DNA from: Callorhinchus milii
Taxonomy: Eukaryota
Length of the DNA: 64,000 nucleotides
Assembly (NCBI RefSeq): GCF_018977255.1
Contig: NW_024704743.1
Span: forward strand, 98,582,001-98,646,000
Direction: 5' to 3'
The position numbers and the translations under genes are program-made. The notes beneath the pieces are model-generated. The model had not been told where the DNA came from. It made no database searches and saw nothing but the letters and a program-made list of their open reading frames with translations. Below, in pieces: positions 25,700 to 37,631 of the stretch (position 1 is its first letter; every line of letters starts with the position of its first letter).

Positions 25700-27253
25700 T
25701 TCCATTAAAAACTGCCATCATCACGCCCACCCTGAAAAAACCCTCCCTTGATGCGTCGCAGCTATCAAGTTACCGGCCCATCTCCAACCTCCCCTTTCTC
25801 TCCAAGGTCTTGGAAAGAGTTGTCGCCTCCCAACTGCGCTCTTTCCTTTCCACCCATTCTCTTTTCGAACCCCTTCAGTCAGGTTTCCGTGCTGCCCATA
25901 GCACAGAAACTGCCCTGGTCAAGGTCACCAATGATATCCTGACCATCTGTGACCAGGGCTCCCTCTGTCTCCTCGTCCTCCTCCTCGACCTATCGGCAGC
26001 ATTCGATACGGTCGACCATGCTATCCTACTCCACCGCTTGTCCTCCCACCTCAACCTTCAAGGCACTGTCCTTGAATGGTTTAGGTCGTACCTTTCTCAC
26101 CGTCTTCACTTTGTCTCGACGAATGGCTTCTCCTCACCCCCCGCACTGTCTCATGTGGTGTCCCTCAGGGCTCTGTCCTTGGTCCCCTCCTCTTCACCCT
26201 CTATATGCTCCCCCTTGGTGACATCATCCGCAGACATGGAGTTAACTTCCACATGTATGCGGATGACACCCAACTCTACCTTTCCTCCTCTACTCTCAAC
26301 TCCACGACCACCGATGTCCTGACAGCCTGCCTGTCCGACATCGAGTCCTGGACGAGAGACAACTTTCTTCAGCTCAACGTGCGAAAAACCGAGGCCCTCC
26401 TGATTGGCTCACGTCAGCGCCTCCGCACCTCAGGCGCTGACACCATCAGCATCCAAGGCTGCACTCTCCACCTCTCAAAGCCAGTCAGGAACCTCGGCGT
26501 TTTGTTCGACCCTGAGCTGTCCTTTCTCCCTCACATCCGCACCACAACTGGCACCGCCTTCCATCACCTCCGGAACATCGCCAGACTACGGCACTACCTC
26601 ACCCCTCACGCTGCTGAAACCCTGGTTCACGCCTTTGTCACCTCAAGGCTGGACTATGGGAACTCTCTCCTCGCCGGCCTTCCCGCCACCTCCCTCCACA
26701 AGCTGCAGGTCATTCAGAACTCTGCAGCTCGTGTACTGTCCCGCACCAGGCTTCGGGACCACATCACTCCCACCCTCGCTCGCCTCCACTGGCTCCCCAT
26801 CCCCCAGAGGATTGATTTCAAGATCCTCATCCTCACCTACAAGGCCATTCACGGCCTTGCTCCCTCCTACCTCTCCAACCTACTATCCCCCTACCTACCT
26901 GCCCGTACCCTCCGTTCCTCTGGCTCCGGTCTGCTCCACGTCCCCCGCCCCAACCGCCCTACCATCGGTGGTCGGGCCTTCAGCCTCTCAGCCCCAGGCT
27001 CTGGAACTCTATCCCCCAGTGCCTTCGCCTTGCTTCCTCCCTTTCCTCCTTCAAGGCCGGTCTCAAAACCTTTCTCTTTTACCGTGCCTTCAGCTCCCCT
27101 CTCGACTCTCTTCCCCCTCCTCGCTCCCTCCCTTCCCTCCCCTCACCCTGACCATTTCCCCCCTGCTCGGGTCATGACCCAACTGTGCAGCGCCTTGGGA
27201 CGTCCTCCTGACGTGAAAGGCGCTTTATAAATGGAATCTTGTTGTTGTTGTTG
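25700..27253 (+). mobile_element. Young L2 LINE, 5'-truncated, RT nearly intact, inserted into a SINE tail (TSD ttcaa)
   Basis: ORFs 25810..26322 (QSGFRAAHSTETAL, LDLSAAFDTVDH) and 26205..27230 ([10 protein letters not shown]). (gtt)n tail. ttcaa at 25695-25699 and 27254-27258. Confidence 0.96.
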
Positions 27254-27558
27254 TTCAAGACATCTCAAAGCGCTTCACAGAATATACTGTAAAGTGACTT
27301 GACCATACATTTTGTGGGCGAAATGCAGCAGCCAATTGCACACAGCAGTGTTCCACAAACAGTCGTGACCAAATTTTTGAAGAGGTTACCCCCATAAAAT
27401 CGATCCACCAATCGACTAACAACCCGGGTTCCCACTTACTGCTAGGTAAACAGAGGTGTGTGAAATAAGGAAACTTGCCTAACATTTTGCCCCGCCCGGG
27501 AAGCGAACCCAGGTCCTCTCGCTTGCGAAGCAAGTGCTCAAACCATTATGCTCAGGAC
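27254..27558 (-). mobile_element. tRNA-SINE long variant; its tail end lies at 25656-25699, on the other side of the L2
   Basis: ...catcacatcttcaa | gacatctcaaagcgcttcacag... reconstitutes the SINE tail. Confidence 0.88.
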
Positions 27559-27624
27559 ATCAAATGCAGTACCAACTAAATGTTGTAGAAATGGAAGGTA
27601 CAATCAAATATTATAATTATAATA

Positions 27625-27905
27625 TTAATAAACCTTGCATTCGATGAAATGCCTTATCACTTTGGAAGGATGTCACAAAGCGCTTCACAGAATTTACTGT
27701 GAAATGGAGTGATTGTGTATTTGTAAGTAAACACGGCAGCTCAATTGCACACAGCAATGTCCCATAAACAGCCATGAAGTGAATGACCAATTTTATTTGG
27801 TGATTGTTGGCCAGGACATCGGGGGGAACTCCCTTTTCTTTTCGAATAGTGCCATGGGATCCATGTGAACAGGCAGACGGGACCTCGGTTTAAAGTCTCA
27901 TCTCA
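27625..27905 (-). mobile_element. Older Deu-domain SINE (SacSINE1/AmnSINE1-like)
   Basis: ccaggacatcggggggaactccc...tcgaatagtgccatgggatc...aggcagacgggacctcggtttaaagtctcatc is the reverse complement of the Deu-domain core as I recall it. Confidence 0.8.
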
Positions 27906-28929
27906 TGATATGTTAAACTGAGGTTCCGTCTTGACAATAAATGTCATTTAAGATATTCTAGGTTTTGGGAAAATTATGTTGGGTTGTAACAACAGAACAA
28001 CAACACCAATGACAAGCTCTAAACGTGTCTTTGCTACAGTCTTAGGTGTTGGGTTATTGAGCTTTTAACCTGAGGACAATAAAATAAGACATTTTGTACA
28101 TTAAGAGCACATCAGCGACTTATCAGATAATGCTATTAGATTCTGATCACTCCTGAGATACTCAGAAGTTAGCAGGTATTTCTAACAACTAATGTTCTTA
28201 CAAGCTAAGAAAGGCTACTTTTTATTTCCCAAAATGATCACCAAAAGCACTCTTACACAACAAAACCATCTGTTAGTGTTAGTTTATTGCTTCAAAGCTA
28301 AATGCATTATGCTTTTGCCTTCAGATTCTCTACACAATTTTCTAAGTGTATAAAGCAGCCAATTTATCTTTCACTTTTATTTAGAAATTTAGCAGCAATA
28401 TCTGCAGTTTTACCCATTACAAAATATGAATCAGAAATAGAAAAATATGAATACAGATACATTTTTGATCATCATCATCAAGATAAATGTTTTTAAAACA
28501 GACGTTTTGCCGTGAAGATTTCTATAACACAATATCGACAACATCAAGGCTCTCTTGTTTGGCTCGCATCAGCACTTACTCACCTGGGATGCTAAATGTA
28601 TCTGCACAGATGCTCACTCCAACTCACAGAGTCCGAGCCAGTGTCGTGTTCCACCCCAACTATCGTTCAAACCCTACATTAGGTTTCCAAACTATCCAAA
28701 ACTGAAAATGGACCTATCAAAGTATAAAACTGATACTCAATAACATTCACTCAAACTGTGGAATTCTATTCTAATTTTCTCCACACTGGTTCCCAGCCTC
28801 TTTATGTGCTGTGCAGTTCCTCCCGGACACTGCCCAAACGCTCCTTGTTTTTGAATGAGCTTGGCAGTGAATATAGCTCTGTCTACAACACTATCAGTGC
28901 TGCCCCTATATTCACCTTTATGTACATTA

Positions 28930-29170
28930 AAGATTCCATGGTACTATTTGAAAAGTGAAAGGAGTTTATCCCAACACCTTTAGCAAACACCCCCAAATAA
29001 AATTGGTCACTCACTCCATGGCTATTTGTGAGGCATTGGTGTGCGCTAATTGGCTGCCATGTTTGCCCATAAAATCCACAAGTCACACCACTTTACAGTT
29101 TGTCAAGTGAAGCACTTTGAGATGTCTCGATGATATGAAGCACTAAATCAAAGGCAAGAATTATTATTAA
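28930..29170 (+). mobile_element. Decayed Deu-domain SINE 3' part
   Basis: aaagattccatggtactatttgaa...aaattggtcac...attggctgccatgtttgcc...gcaagaattattatta. Confidence 0.7.
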
Positions 29171-29854
29171 TTAATCTCCACTTGTGAGCCTTTAATTGTT
29201 TCCAAATAAGTGCTAGATACACAGAAACAATTATCCACCTTATTCATTAGTGAACTCTGGCTTTGATTCTCCAGTTTACAATTGGTTTGAAACACCCAAT
29301 AAAGGCCTATCTTTGTGAACAAGATGTTCACAAATAAAATGAACAGTTATTTATCCCGTGAAGCATATGAGGTCCTCACGACATGAAAGACACTAGATAA
29401 AATGTAAAGATTATTTATTATCCTTCCATTCCCTTCCTCATTTTGATCTTTGCTAAATCTTTAAGACTTGCAACTGTCTGCAAAAGCAAACAGGAGGCCA
29501 ACAAGTTGAACAGAACAGATAAATATATTTTCTTATAGCACAACATCCTATGCAAAGGCTCTCTTTAAAATTGTCACTGTCATCAAATAAAACATTTGAA
29601 GGTGGTTAAAAGATCTAAGAATTAATGGCAGATTAGCTAGTAAGACTGAAAACTGGTTGAATAGTACGAAGCAAATGGCAATGATAAATGGAAAAAGCTC
29701 CATATGGGAGTGACGCTAACCCACGTGAAGGGCGCTATATAAATGCAAGTTGTTGTTGTTGTTGTTGTTGTGACCAGTGGAGTTCTGCAAAGGTCTGCTC
29801 CGGGTCCTCTAAGTTTCCTGTAACTTGATTGGCTTGGAAGAAAAATACTTTTTG

Positions 29855-30092
29855 TAATACCTTGGCCTTTTGACTAAGATCAAGTGTAGTTTCTGTGCTG
29901 ATCAGTTGCTCTTTGGGAAATGCATCTGCCAGAAAGATCTCCTGTTGATATTCGCTTGTGTTTACCTGTCCACAACCAAATCTCCCCTAAATGCATCATG
30001 GGAGGATTGAGCTCCTGGTAGGAGGTATGCCTTTGGCCCACTGTTGGCTGGGATCAGTATTGCAATACTTCCTATCCGAGTGTGATCCACCC
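29855..30092 (+). pseudogene. Degenerate U2 snRNA homologue (head of a ~1 kb insertion)
   Basis: 29861-29907 matches vertebrate U2 nt 8-54 at 42/47 by manual alignment to the recalled sequence. Later blocks taaatgcatcatgggag, taggaggtatgcc...ccact and gtattgcaatacttcc...caccc follow the order of the U2 Sm-site region, stem-loop III and stem-loop IV. Confidence 0.8.
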
Positions 30093-30589
30093 AAACAAAG
30101 AGGAAGCCTAGATACTGGAATACGAAACTAGCTTGAATACTTGGCCACTAGGCTCAGGCTGGGCTTGCCCTGGCAGAGAGACAATCGAATCCCTGACGGG
30201 AACGTGAAGACAGGTATCAGGTCCGCATCATCCTTTGACAATTTGGTGCTCAGAGAGTTTGAGGGGAAAAGGGTTGTCTGCGGGAACAACCCTCATTCCT
30301 TTGAGGAACGCATTTCGGTCTAGTTCAGCTTAAAAGGGGTGAGTGGGGCCTAAGCTCGCTCACCTAATATATTTTTAAGGAGCCAACTTATGCGGGCAGG
30401 AGATCCTTGTGAAGAGAAAGGTCCAGTATTCAAGAACAAGTTCTGGACCACTATGGAATGGCAAATGTATATTAAGATAGATAAATGTTGAATTGATTAG
30501 TGGCAAGCTGGGTCAGACAAAACCCAATCTGACCACAAAGTATTGTATAGTACCCTCCCCTGTATTGAATTACCCTCCCCTGGGGGAGG

Positions 30590-30853
30590 AGCACCATTGA
30601 ATTTAAAGTACAAACAGTTCGCCAAACAGAGCTACTGCACAAACATCAATGTCTGGCAGGTTTCGGATCATCTACCCTTGGTTTCCAGGCTTAACAGAGG
30701 CTTAGTGGGAAGAATCCCTGCCCGCAGTCTGCCCCGCCAAGTGCTGCTGATCAGCCAGACCGGCTGGTGTGCCATCAGCAATGCCTTGGAGTACTGCAGA
30801 CCTGCCTGGCTCAGAACCGGACTACAGAGACTGCTGCAGAGAATTGATTACTA
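30590..30853 (+). repeat. Unclassified interspersed repeat, copy 2, contiguous with the U2-headed segment
   Basis: ccattgaa..agtacaaac, tagtgggaagaatcc and translated AISNALEYCRPAW are shared with the 8.5 kb copy. Confidence 0.8.
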
Positions 30854-31001
30854 AGCAAAAAGGAAATCATTAAAGCAATGAGAGGCACAGAAAATGTCAA
30901 TGCAAGCAGGCTATTTATTGTAAACCAGGAGCTAAAAACTAATAGACATAGGTTTAAAATTATTTTTTAAAAAAACTAGAAGGAATTTATTTATGCTATG
31001 T

Positions 31002-31320
31002 GGAGTCCTGTAGCTCAGTGGTTAGAGCACTCGCTTCGCAAGTGAGAGACCCGAGTTCAATTCCAGACAGGGCGAAACCTTGGGCAAGTTTCCTTACTCC
31101 ACACGCCTAATAATAATCCCTCCAAAAAACCAAAAAACAATAACAAAATTGGTCATTTTCAATCTACGACTGTTTGTGGGACATTGCTGTGCGCAATTGG
31201 CTGCCCCGTTCTCCCACAAATATACAGTCAATTCACTTTACAGTGTCTTCTGTGAAGCGCTTTGGGACGTCTTCCCGACGTGAAAAGCGCTATATCAAAT
31301 GCAAGGATTATTATTATTAT
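31002..31320 (+). mobile_element. tRNA(Ala)-headed SINE, short variant, full length
   Basis: A-box tagctcagtgg, anticodon arm ctcgc-ttcgcaa-gtgag, B-box gagttcaattcc, Deu-like 3' body, L2-type hairpin tail and (tta)n. Confidence 0.93.
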
Positions 31321-31899
31321 TTTCCCCAGGTAGTAGATATGTTGAACATTCCTCCATTGATCTTTTAATTTATCCAATTTTTTAAGCTGGGCAGAGGGAA
31401 GAGGTTGTCCACATATTGAGTAGATTTTGCTTGGTCTGTCCTCCCGACGGGAAAAGTATCTGATGTGTCAAATGTACTTAAACATGGAATTTCTTATTTA
31501 AAAAACTGAGCAGCCAAATTAAGTAGCCTTGACATCAAATATATGAAAAAAAATTATCAAAGTACAATTCATTGTAACATAATGTTACTTAAAAACATTT
31601 TCAAGCAATACAATTTTTTCAGTGTTCATGCCATACAAATATGGTACCAGAAATCTAGAAATGTGTTATGTTTTTAAAGTGAGAATCAAAATACTGTGAA
31701 ATAACCTAAAATCCTGCACATAAAAATTGCACATTAACACAGGTATCCATGACCTGAAAGCCTGGGTTTGCAAACCTATGCACCAGTGTAAGAGATTTGT
31801 GGATGTTTGGCAACTTTATAAAGACTCTACAATTTTAGTACAGCTATAATAATGAAAAATATTAGTTTGTTAGCATTCAAGTCAACAGCATCTAATGAG

Positions 31900-32720
31900 C
31901 AAAATGAACCCATACGCAATCCAATATTAGTTTCGGAAAAGCTGGTCATGCTTTAGAACTTCATTTGAATTTTTCAAAGCAAGGATGGTTTATGTTAGAA
32001 ACAAGGTTTATATTGACTTACAGAAACAATTTGATAACATCCCAGGCAGTGTACTTAAAGCTAAAGTGAAAACTTATAGGTCAATCAGCAACATTTTGAA
32101 GTTGGGTAAACAGTAACCAGAATCAGGGAATTTATTTTAATAATAATTTGAACTATCATTAGATTGCTAGTACTCATGCCACTGGGACTAGTTTCAATAA
32201 GTTACTGTTTGCAATATTTTTAATGATCTTAAGATGGGTAGAAACATCTCAGTTTGCAGATAAGAGTTTTGTGTGAAAACATAACATTCTGAGGGCAAAA
32301 ATAGAAATCCCAAAAATAGAAGTCACAGCCACAGCTTCTTGAAAACTGGGAAGATCGTATTTAATATTAAGGAATATGAGGTTGTGCAGTCTGGTGCTAA
32401 AAACAGTCTATTTTACAGTCATCAAATAAAGCCGTTGAAAAAGTCATTAAATAAGATCATTAAATTTGATCATTAAATCTCAGTAAGGAGTAACTAGCCA
32501 ACAACAGCATGAAAACATCATCACACTGCATAGCAGTTGTAATATAGGGCAAATAGTAAGTTAAGAGTGCTGTAGCAGTATAAAACACTGAAATCACAAA
32601 ATATCAATGAGACCATTCTTGAAGCATCGTGATAAAGTTTTAGCACACTTCCAAAAAGATAAAGCAGCTGAAAAAGATTCAAAGGAAAAGTAACCCAGTC
32701 ACCCCGGATCTAGATTTACC
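31900..32720 (+). mobile_element. Highly decayed CR1 RT remnant
   Basis: Traces resembling YIDLQKQFD.., ISxFAD (catctcagtttgcagat) and KDxxxLxKIQxK. Confidence 0.4.
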
Positions 32721-33639
32721 TTTTATGAAGCATTTTGAGCAATCAGAATTTGGCAAATTATTGAATTCAATCTTAACTTTGAAGATTTTGTTTTTATAGT
32801 TCTTTAAAAAATGTCCAGAAAACAGGCTTCAAACTTAACAATGTGTTGAAGAATTTGCCAAATTCTGGATTATTTAAAGTATTACATAATAGTAAATCTA
32901 GTCCCAAGTGAAGTTTCTCCACTTAGGTCTTAAGATTGCCTACAAAAACAGTCATTATACTTTACAACAAATCCTTTGAAGTTCTTTGAGACATTCTCCT
33001 GCTATAAAAGATGCTATATCAAATTAAAGTATTATTAATATTATTATTTGAGTCCTGAGTTCAACTCTGTCTAAATCAAGGAACAACTTCTTCACATCTA
33101 GGATTTGTCATTCCACCTATGGCAATGAAAATTGGCTGAATTAAAGCATTCAAAAAGGGAGTGGTCTGATTATTGATCGACAATTTCAACTTCAACATGA
33201 AAATATTTCAGTTACTTTAACATAAGTGAGGCTAAGGTTCTATATCGGCTGAATGACCTGAAAATCACCAGGATATGTACATGTACACCAAGGTGTTGAG
33301 GGAACCAAGCAAGAGATTTGTGCAGCAGTGACAAGAGGTAATAAGTGGGTTGATCACCAATGGTGAGGTTTTAACAGACTGGAAGTAAGCAAATGGTGTT
33401 CCAATACTCATGAAAATTGGCAGAACCATACCTGGCAACTATAGTCCCAATTGTCTAACCTCAATAATCTGTAAAATTAATCTAATAAATAATATTGTTA
33501 TATTATAATAATCTAATAAATACATGACAGCCAACATGGGCTCAGAAAGGGTAGATCTCATCTGACCAATTTCAGAGACTTTTTTTTGACGTGAAGGCCC
33601 AAATTGACTGGGGGAAACTATGTGACATAGTTGACCTAC

Positions 33640-34985
33640 AACAACAACAGTTCCAGGGGGTGGGGGTAGAGTGGCAGAAGGCCCGCTAGCCAACCGTGAG
33701 GCGGGGGACGTGAAGCAAGCCGGAGCCCGCTGAGCGGAGAGAGCGAGCAGAATGTTAGGGGGTTAAGAGTTTGCAGAGCTAGGGGGGAACAAGACCATGG
33801 AGGGCTTTGAAGGTGAGGACCAGGATCTTGAACTGTATCCTCTGTGTGATGGGAAGCCAGTGGAGTCGGGCGAAGATGGGGATGATAGATTCATGGAGCT
33901 TGCTGCGGGAGAGGACACGGGCTGCAGAGTTCTGGCTGATCTGCAGCCTATGGAAGGAGGAGTTGGGGAGGCCGACAATAAGAGAATTTGCATAGTCAAA
34001 TCTCCATGTAATGAAAGCCTGTATGAGGGTTTCGGCGGCCTGCGGGGTGAGACAGTGTTGGAGCTGGATGATGTTGCCGAGGTGGGGGAAGATAGAGCGT
34101 GTCATGGCACAGATGTGGGGTAGAAAGGTTAGTTGAGGGTCAAACAAGACTCCAAGGTTCCGGACTGGCTCAGTGAGGTGGAGTGTGCAACCATGGATGG
34201 TGATGCTGTCAGCGTCTGAGGTGTGGAGATGCTGACAGGAGCAAATCAGGAGAGCCTCGGTTCAACTGAAGAAAATGAGCTCTCATCCAGGATTCAATGT
34301 CTGACAGACATTCTGTCAGGAAAGCAGTGATCCTGGAGTCAAGGGTGGAGGCAGAGAGATACAGAGAGGCAGTTGGGTATCATCCACATTCTTGTGAGTG
34401 TTGACCCCATATCTGCAGGTGATGTCACCAAGAAGGAGCATATGGATATTGAAGAGGGGACCAAGGACACAACCTGAGGAATGCTACACAAGACAGTGCA
34501 GCATCTAGAGGAGAAACCGTTTGTGGAGATGAAGTGGAGGCGGTGTGAGAGGTACCATCTTAACCAGTCAAGGACAGCGCTGTAAAGGTTGAGGTGAGAG
34601 GAGAGGCGGTAGATGAGGATAGAGTGGTCAACAGTGTCGAAGGCAGCAGAGAGGTCAAGGAAGATGAGGAGGCAGAGGGATCCCTGGTTCGCAGATGCAC
34701 AGAATGTCATTTGCCACTTTGACCAGGGCTGTTTCTGTGCTGTAGGCGGCACAGAAACCCGAATGAAGGGGATCGTAAAGGGAGTGGTGGGAGAGGAAGG
34801 AGCGAAGCTGAGAAGCAACAACTTGTTCCAGGACCTTGGAGAGTATGGGGAGGTTGGCAGTAGTTTGAGAGTAGAGATGGATACAGGGAGGTTTTTTTTT
34901 AAAAAAGGATAGGATTGATGACAGCCGTTGGTTGATGCCAGTTTGTTGCTGTGATAGGAAGATGGCTGAGGCAGATTGTCGCAAT
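33640..34985 (-). mobile_element. L2 LINE fragment with broken ORF2
   Basis: ORFs 34339..34821 (FLDLSAAFDTVDH) and 33779..34147 (LHWLPITQRIQFKIL). Confidence 0.92.
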
Positions 34986-36255
34986 GATGGGAAAACAGTA
35001 GGACGGGTATTCTAGAAGGATAAGATCAAATGGGCCATATCTGAACTAATCTTGTAAATGATCAATTTATAGCCAACTTCTAGGTGATGCACGACATGAT
35101 TCGAGTAGACTTGCCTTCCATATTCCTTCTGTTCATCCCAAAAATTATTTTAGCATTTCCCCTAAATCCTGTTCAACTGAGATAAGCAATCATGGGACAA
35201 CTCTATCGGAGGTCAAGGGACACGGAAAAAGCTATCACAATAAGCTCTAACTTTTCTTGATTTGCTGATCTACTTGATTTAGGTCTATTTTTAGAATCAT
35301 ATTAACAGTAAGTAACTTTACTACAGAGCTAGCATATGAGCTTTTGATATTGTAGGGTTTTTTGTATTGATCCGACCACAAGAAAATATGCAATTTATAA
35401 ATGAGAACAAGATCTTGTTAGTAATAGAAAACAAAATGCCTTGGCCCTCCTAGGCAATATTTTTCAAAGAAAAGGGAAAAATGAACGAGGGTGGCAGAAC
35501 AATCTATCTTACTGCCTGGGTAGTGCTGGTTAATTAATTAGAATCATGGTTGGAAAGATACATTTACCATCTGTGGCACCCAGCCAAAAATGTTCCAAGA
35601 GAATCAACAGATTTGCAGAAACTCAAAACATACACAGTGTGCAGCAATCTTGATGAGCAGCATAATGACAAAATTTGTGATCGTGTTGCTGGTCTAAGCT
35701 ATAAATAAATCTGGCAAATCAATTATGATGATAGTCTGTTAAATCAAGCTGTGTTATCAAAACAAACTGATCAATACTGAAACGTAGACAGAGAAATGTA
35801 ATAGCTTGCATTATCACTGTCTGAATCTGTTAGGGCAAATGTAAAATAATTTGTCGGCATAGCCGGTGAATGTGCTGGGATTGGCGAACAAAGCAATTCG
35901 TAAAATTTTAAAGTCACTTTATGATACTATGTATACAAAATATGGATACATACTTTGGGACCGCTACCTATTTCATTTTAATAAACTAAATGTAATTTAA
36001 GTACACTTTCTTAGATAAAAATACTGTGTGGGTGTATTCACATTACTACAATAAATAAGCATCATTTAAGAAGAAAGCACTATCCACTCCAATATCTTGA
36101 GTAGCTGATGACCATTATATGAAAGAATAAAAGCACTAGGATAAAAATACTAGGATATCCTGAATGTAAGTTTTATTTTCTAAATTCATCAGTTAAAAAG
36201 TTCTCCAAATTAATCTCTATTTATTGATACAAAACCTGTGATTTGAATTTACGAT

Positions 36256-36830
36256 GTGGAGTCCTGTAGCATAGTGGTTAGCATGCTCGCCTTGCAAGCA
36301 GAGAACCCAGGTTCAATTTCCTCAAAAAAAATTGATCACTCAAAAATTGACTGCTCTGCACAATTGCCTGCCGCATTTCATAGAATATTACAGCACAGAA
36401 GGAGACCATTCGGTCCATCATTCTTGTGCCGGCTCTTTGAAAGAACTACCCAATCAGTCCCACTCTCCCGCTCTTTCCCCATATCCCTGCAAAATTTTCC
36501 TTTTTAAGTGCCTGTTTAATTCCCTTTTGAAAGATGTTATTTCCTCCACCCTTTCAGGAAGTGCATTCCAGACCGTAACAACACTCTACTAAACAAAATT
36601 CTGCTTATCTCCCCTCTGATTCTTTTGCCAATTATCTTAAACCTAGTTTCTCCCTGTATACCCTATCAAAACCCCTCAAAATTTTGAACACCTCTATTAA
36701 ATCTCCCCAAAATGTGTTTCACCCACAAATAGTCAATCCCCTTAACAATATATTCAATGACGAACTTTGAGATGTCTCAATGATGTGATAAGGGACTATA
36801 TCAAATGCAAGGATTATATTTATTATTATT
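36256..36830 (+). mobile_element. tRNA-SINE interrupted by a minus-strand CR1 3' fragment (~36380-36712)
   Basis: Head at 36256, body broken after gccgcatttca, CR1 tail tagaatattacagcacagaagg, then the SINE resumes at gtgtttcacccacaaat. Confidence 0.8.
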
Positions 36831-37631
36831 ATTTAGCATCTGACCTTAGGAGATTTCTCAACAATTTATTTTTACTCTATTGCTGGCCGCCCTATGAAGA
36901 TAAAGCCACTATGTGATTTAAGAAAATCTGGGAAAGTCAATGTAATTACAATGGATCTTTTTCTCACATACATTTGAAATGACAAAATTAATGTTTAGTA
37001 TCTTTCAAAAATACATTGCATTGAATGAGTTCACTATAAAATTCCTTCAATTTATTTTTGAAGAATCTGATGGTGATTTAAATAAATATTGCACATTATT
37101 AAATTAGATTTACATATCTAGGTTACATTTCACGTTGTTTACATTATTATTCAGAGCTGTATGCACGTAGCATCACCTTGCCAAATGTTATGGCTTTTGG
37201 AGGAAATTTTGGGTTGACTGAGGTGAGGAGTAATGACAGATTACTCCTAGGTCATGCTTAACCCAGATGAGATGCAGCTCAAAATTTCTTTTGAAATTCA
37301 AATGAGAAAAAACATTTCAGATAAACCTGTCAAGCTTGGGAACCTTTTGGTCAGATAGTTTCAGAACTGTAGCTCACATCTGAATTATTAATGTTTTGAT
37401 GCAACTAAAAATAGGCCACATTGACTTAACACACTTAATGAGAATGAGAATTCTAAACAAGTAACTGTTCCATTCCATTAAAAATTGCTTGGCTTTAAAA
37501 TAAATTATTTGAGTTCAAATTATCAAAATTTAAATTATGCTTTGGCCTCCAGTAGTTTCCTTTTTTGTTTTAAAAAAAATGTTTTTTCAGTTTTCACAGA
37601 GTGAGATTGTGCTATCATGATACTGTACTAC

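Larger units (their letters stand above)
29570..31350 (+). mobile_element. Very old CR1 remnant hosting three insertions (L2 tail ~29720-29770, U2-headed element, SINE 31002-31320)
   Basis: gtgaccagtggagttctgcaaaggtctgctccgggtcct resembles [13 protein letters not shown]. 30860-31000 and 31321-31350 resemble MRG..V...LF..HRFK..RRN.F / QVV..N. Confidence 0.55.

Noticed and set aside
28575..28670. Minus-strand exon with a strong cag|gtgagt donor
   Set aside because: All three frames contain stops between the nearest plausible acceptor and the donor.
29855..30092. Functional U2 snRNA gene
   Set aside because: The branch-point recognition sequence and Sm site are altered, the middle is expanded, and the upstream sequence is CR1 debris rather than a recognisable snRNA promoter.
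31002..31075. tRNA-Ala gene (also the heads at ~23066, 40054, 9264, 46083, 36256)
   Set aside because: A/B boxes and an anticodon arm are present, but there is no proper acceptor stem and each head runs into a SINE body and tail.
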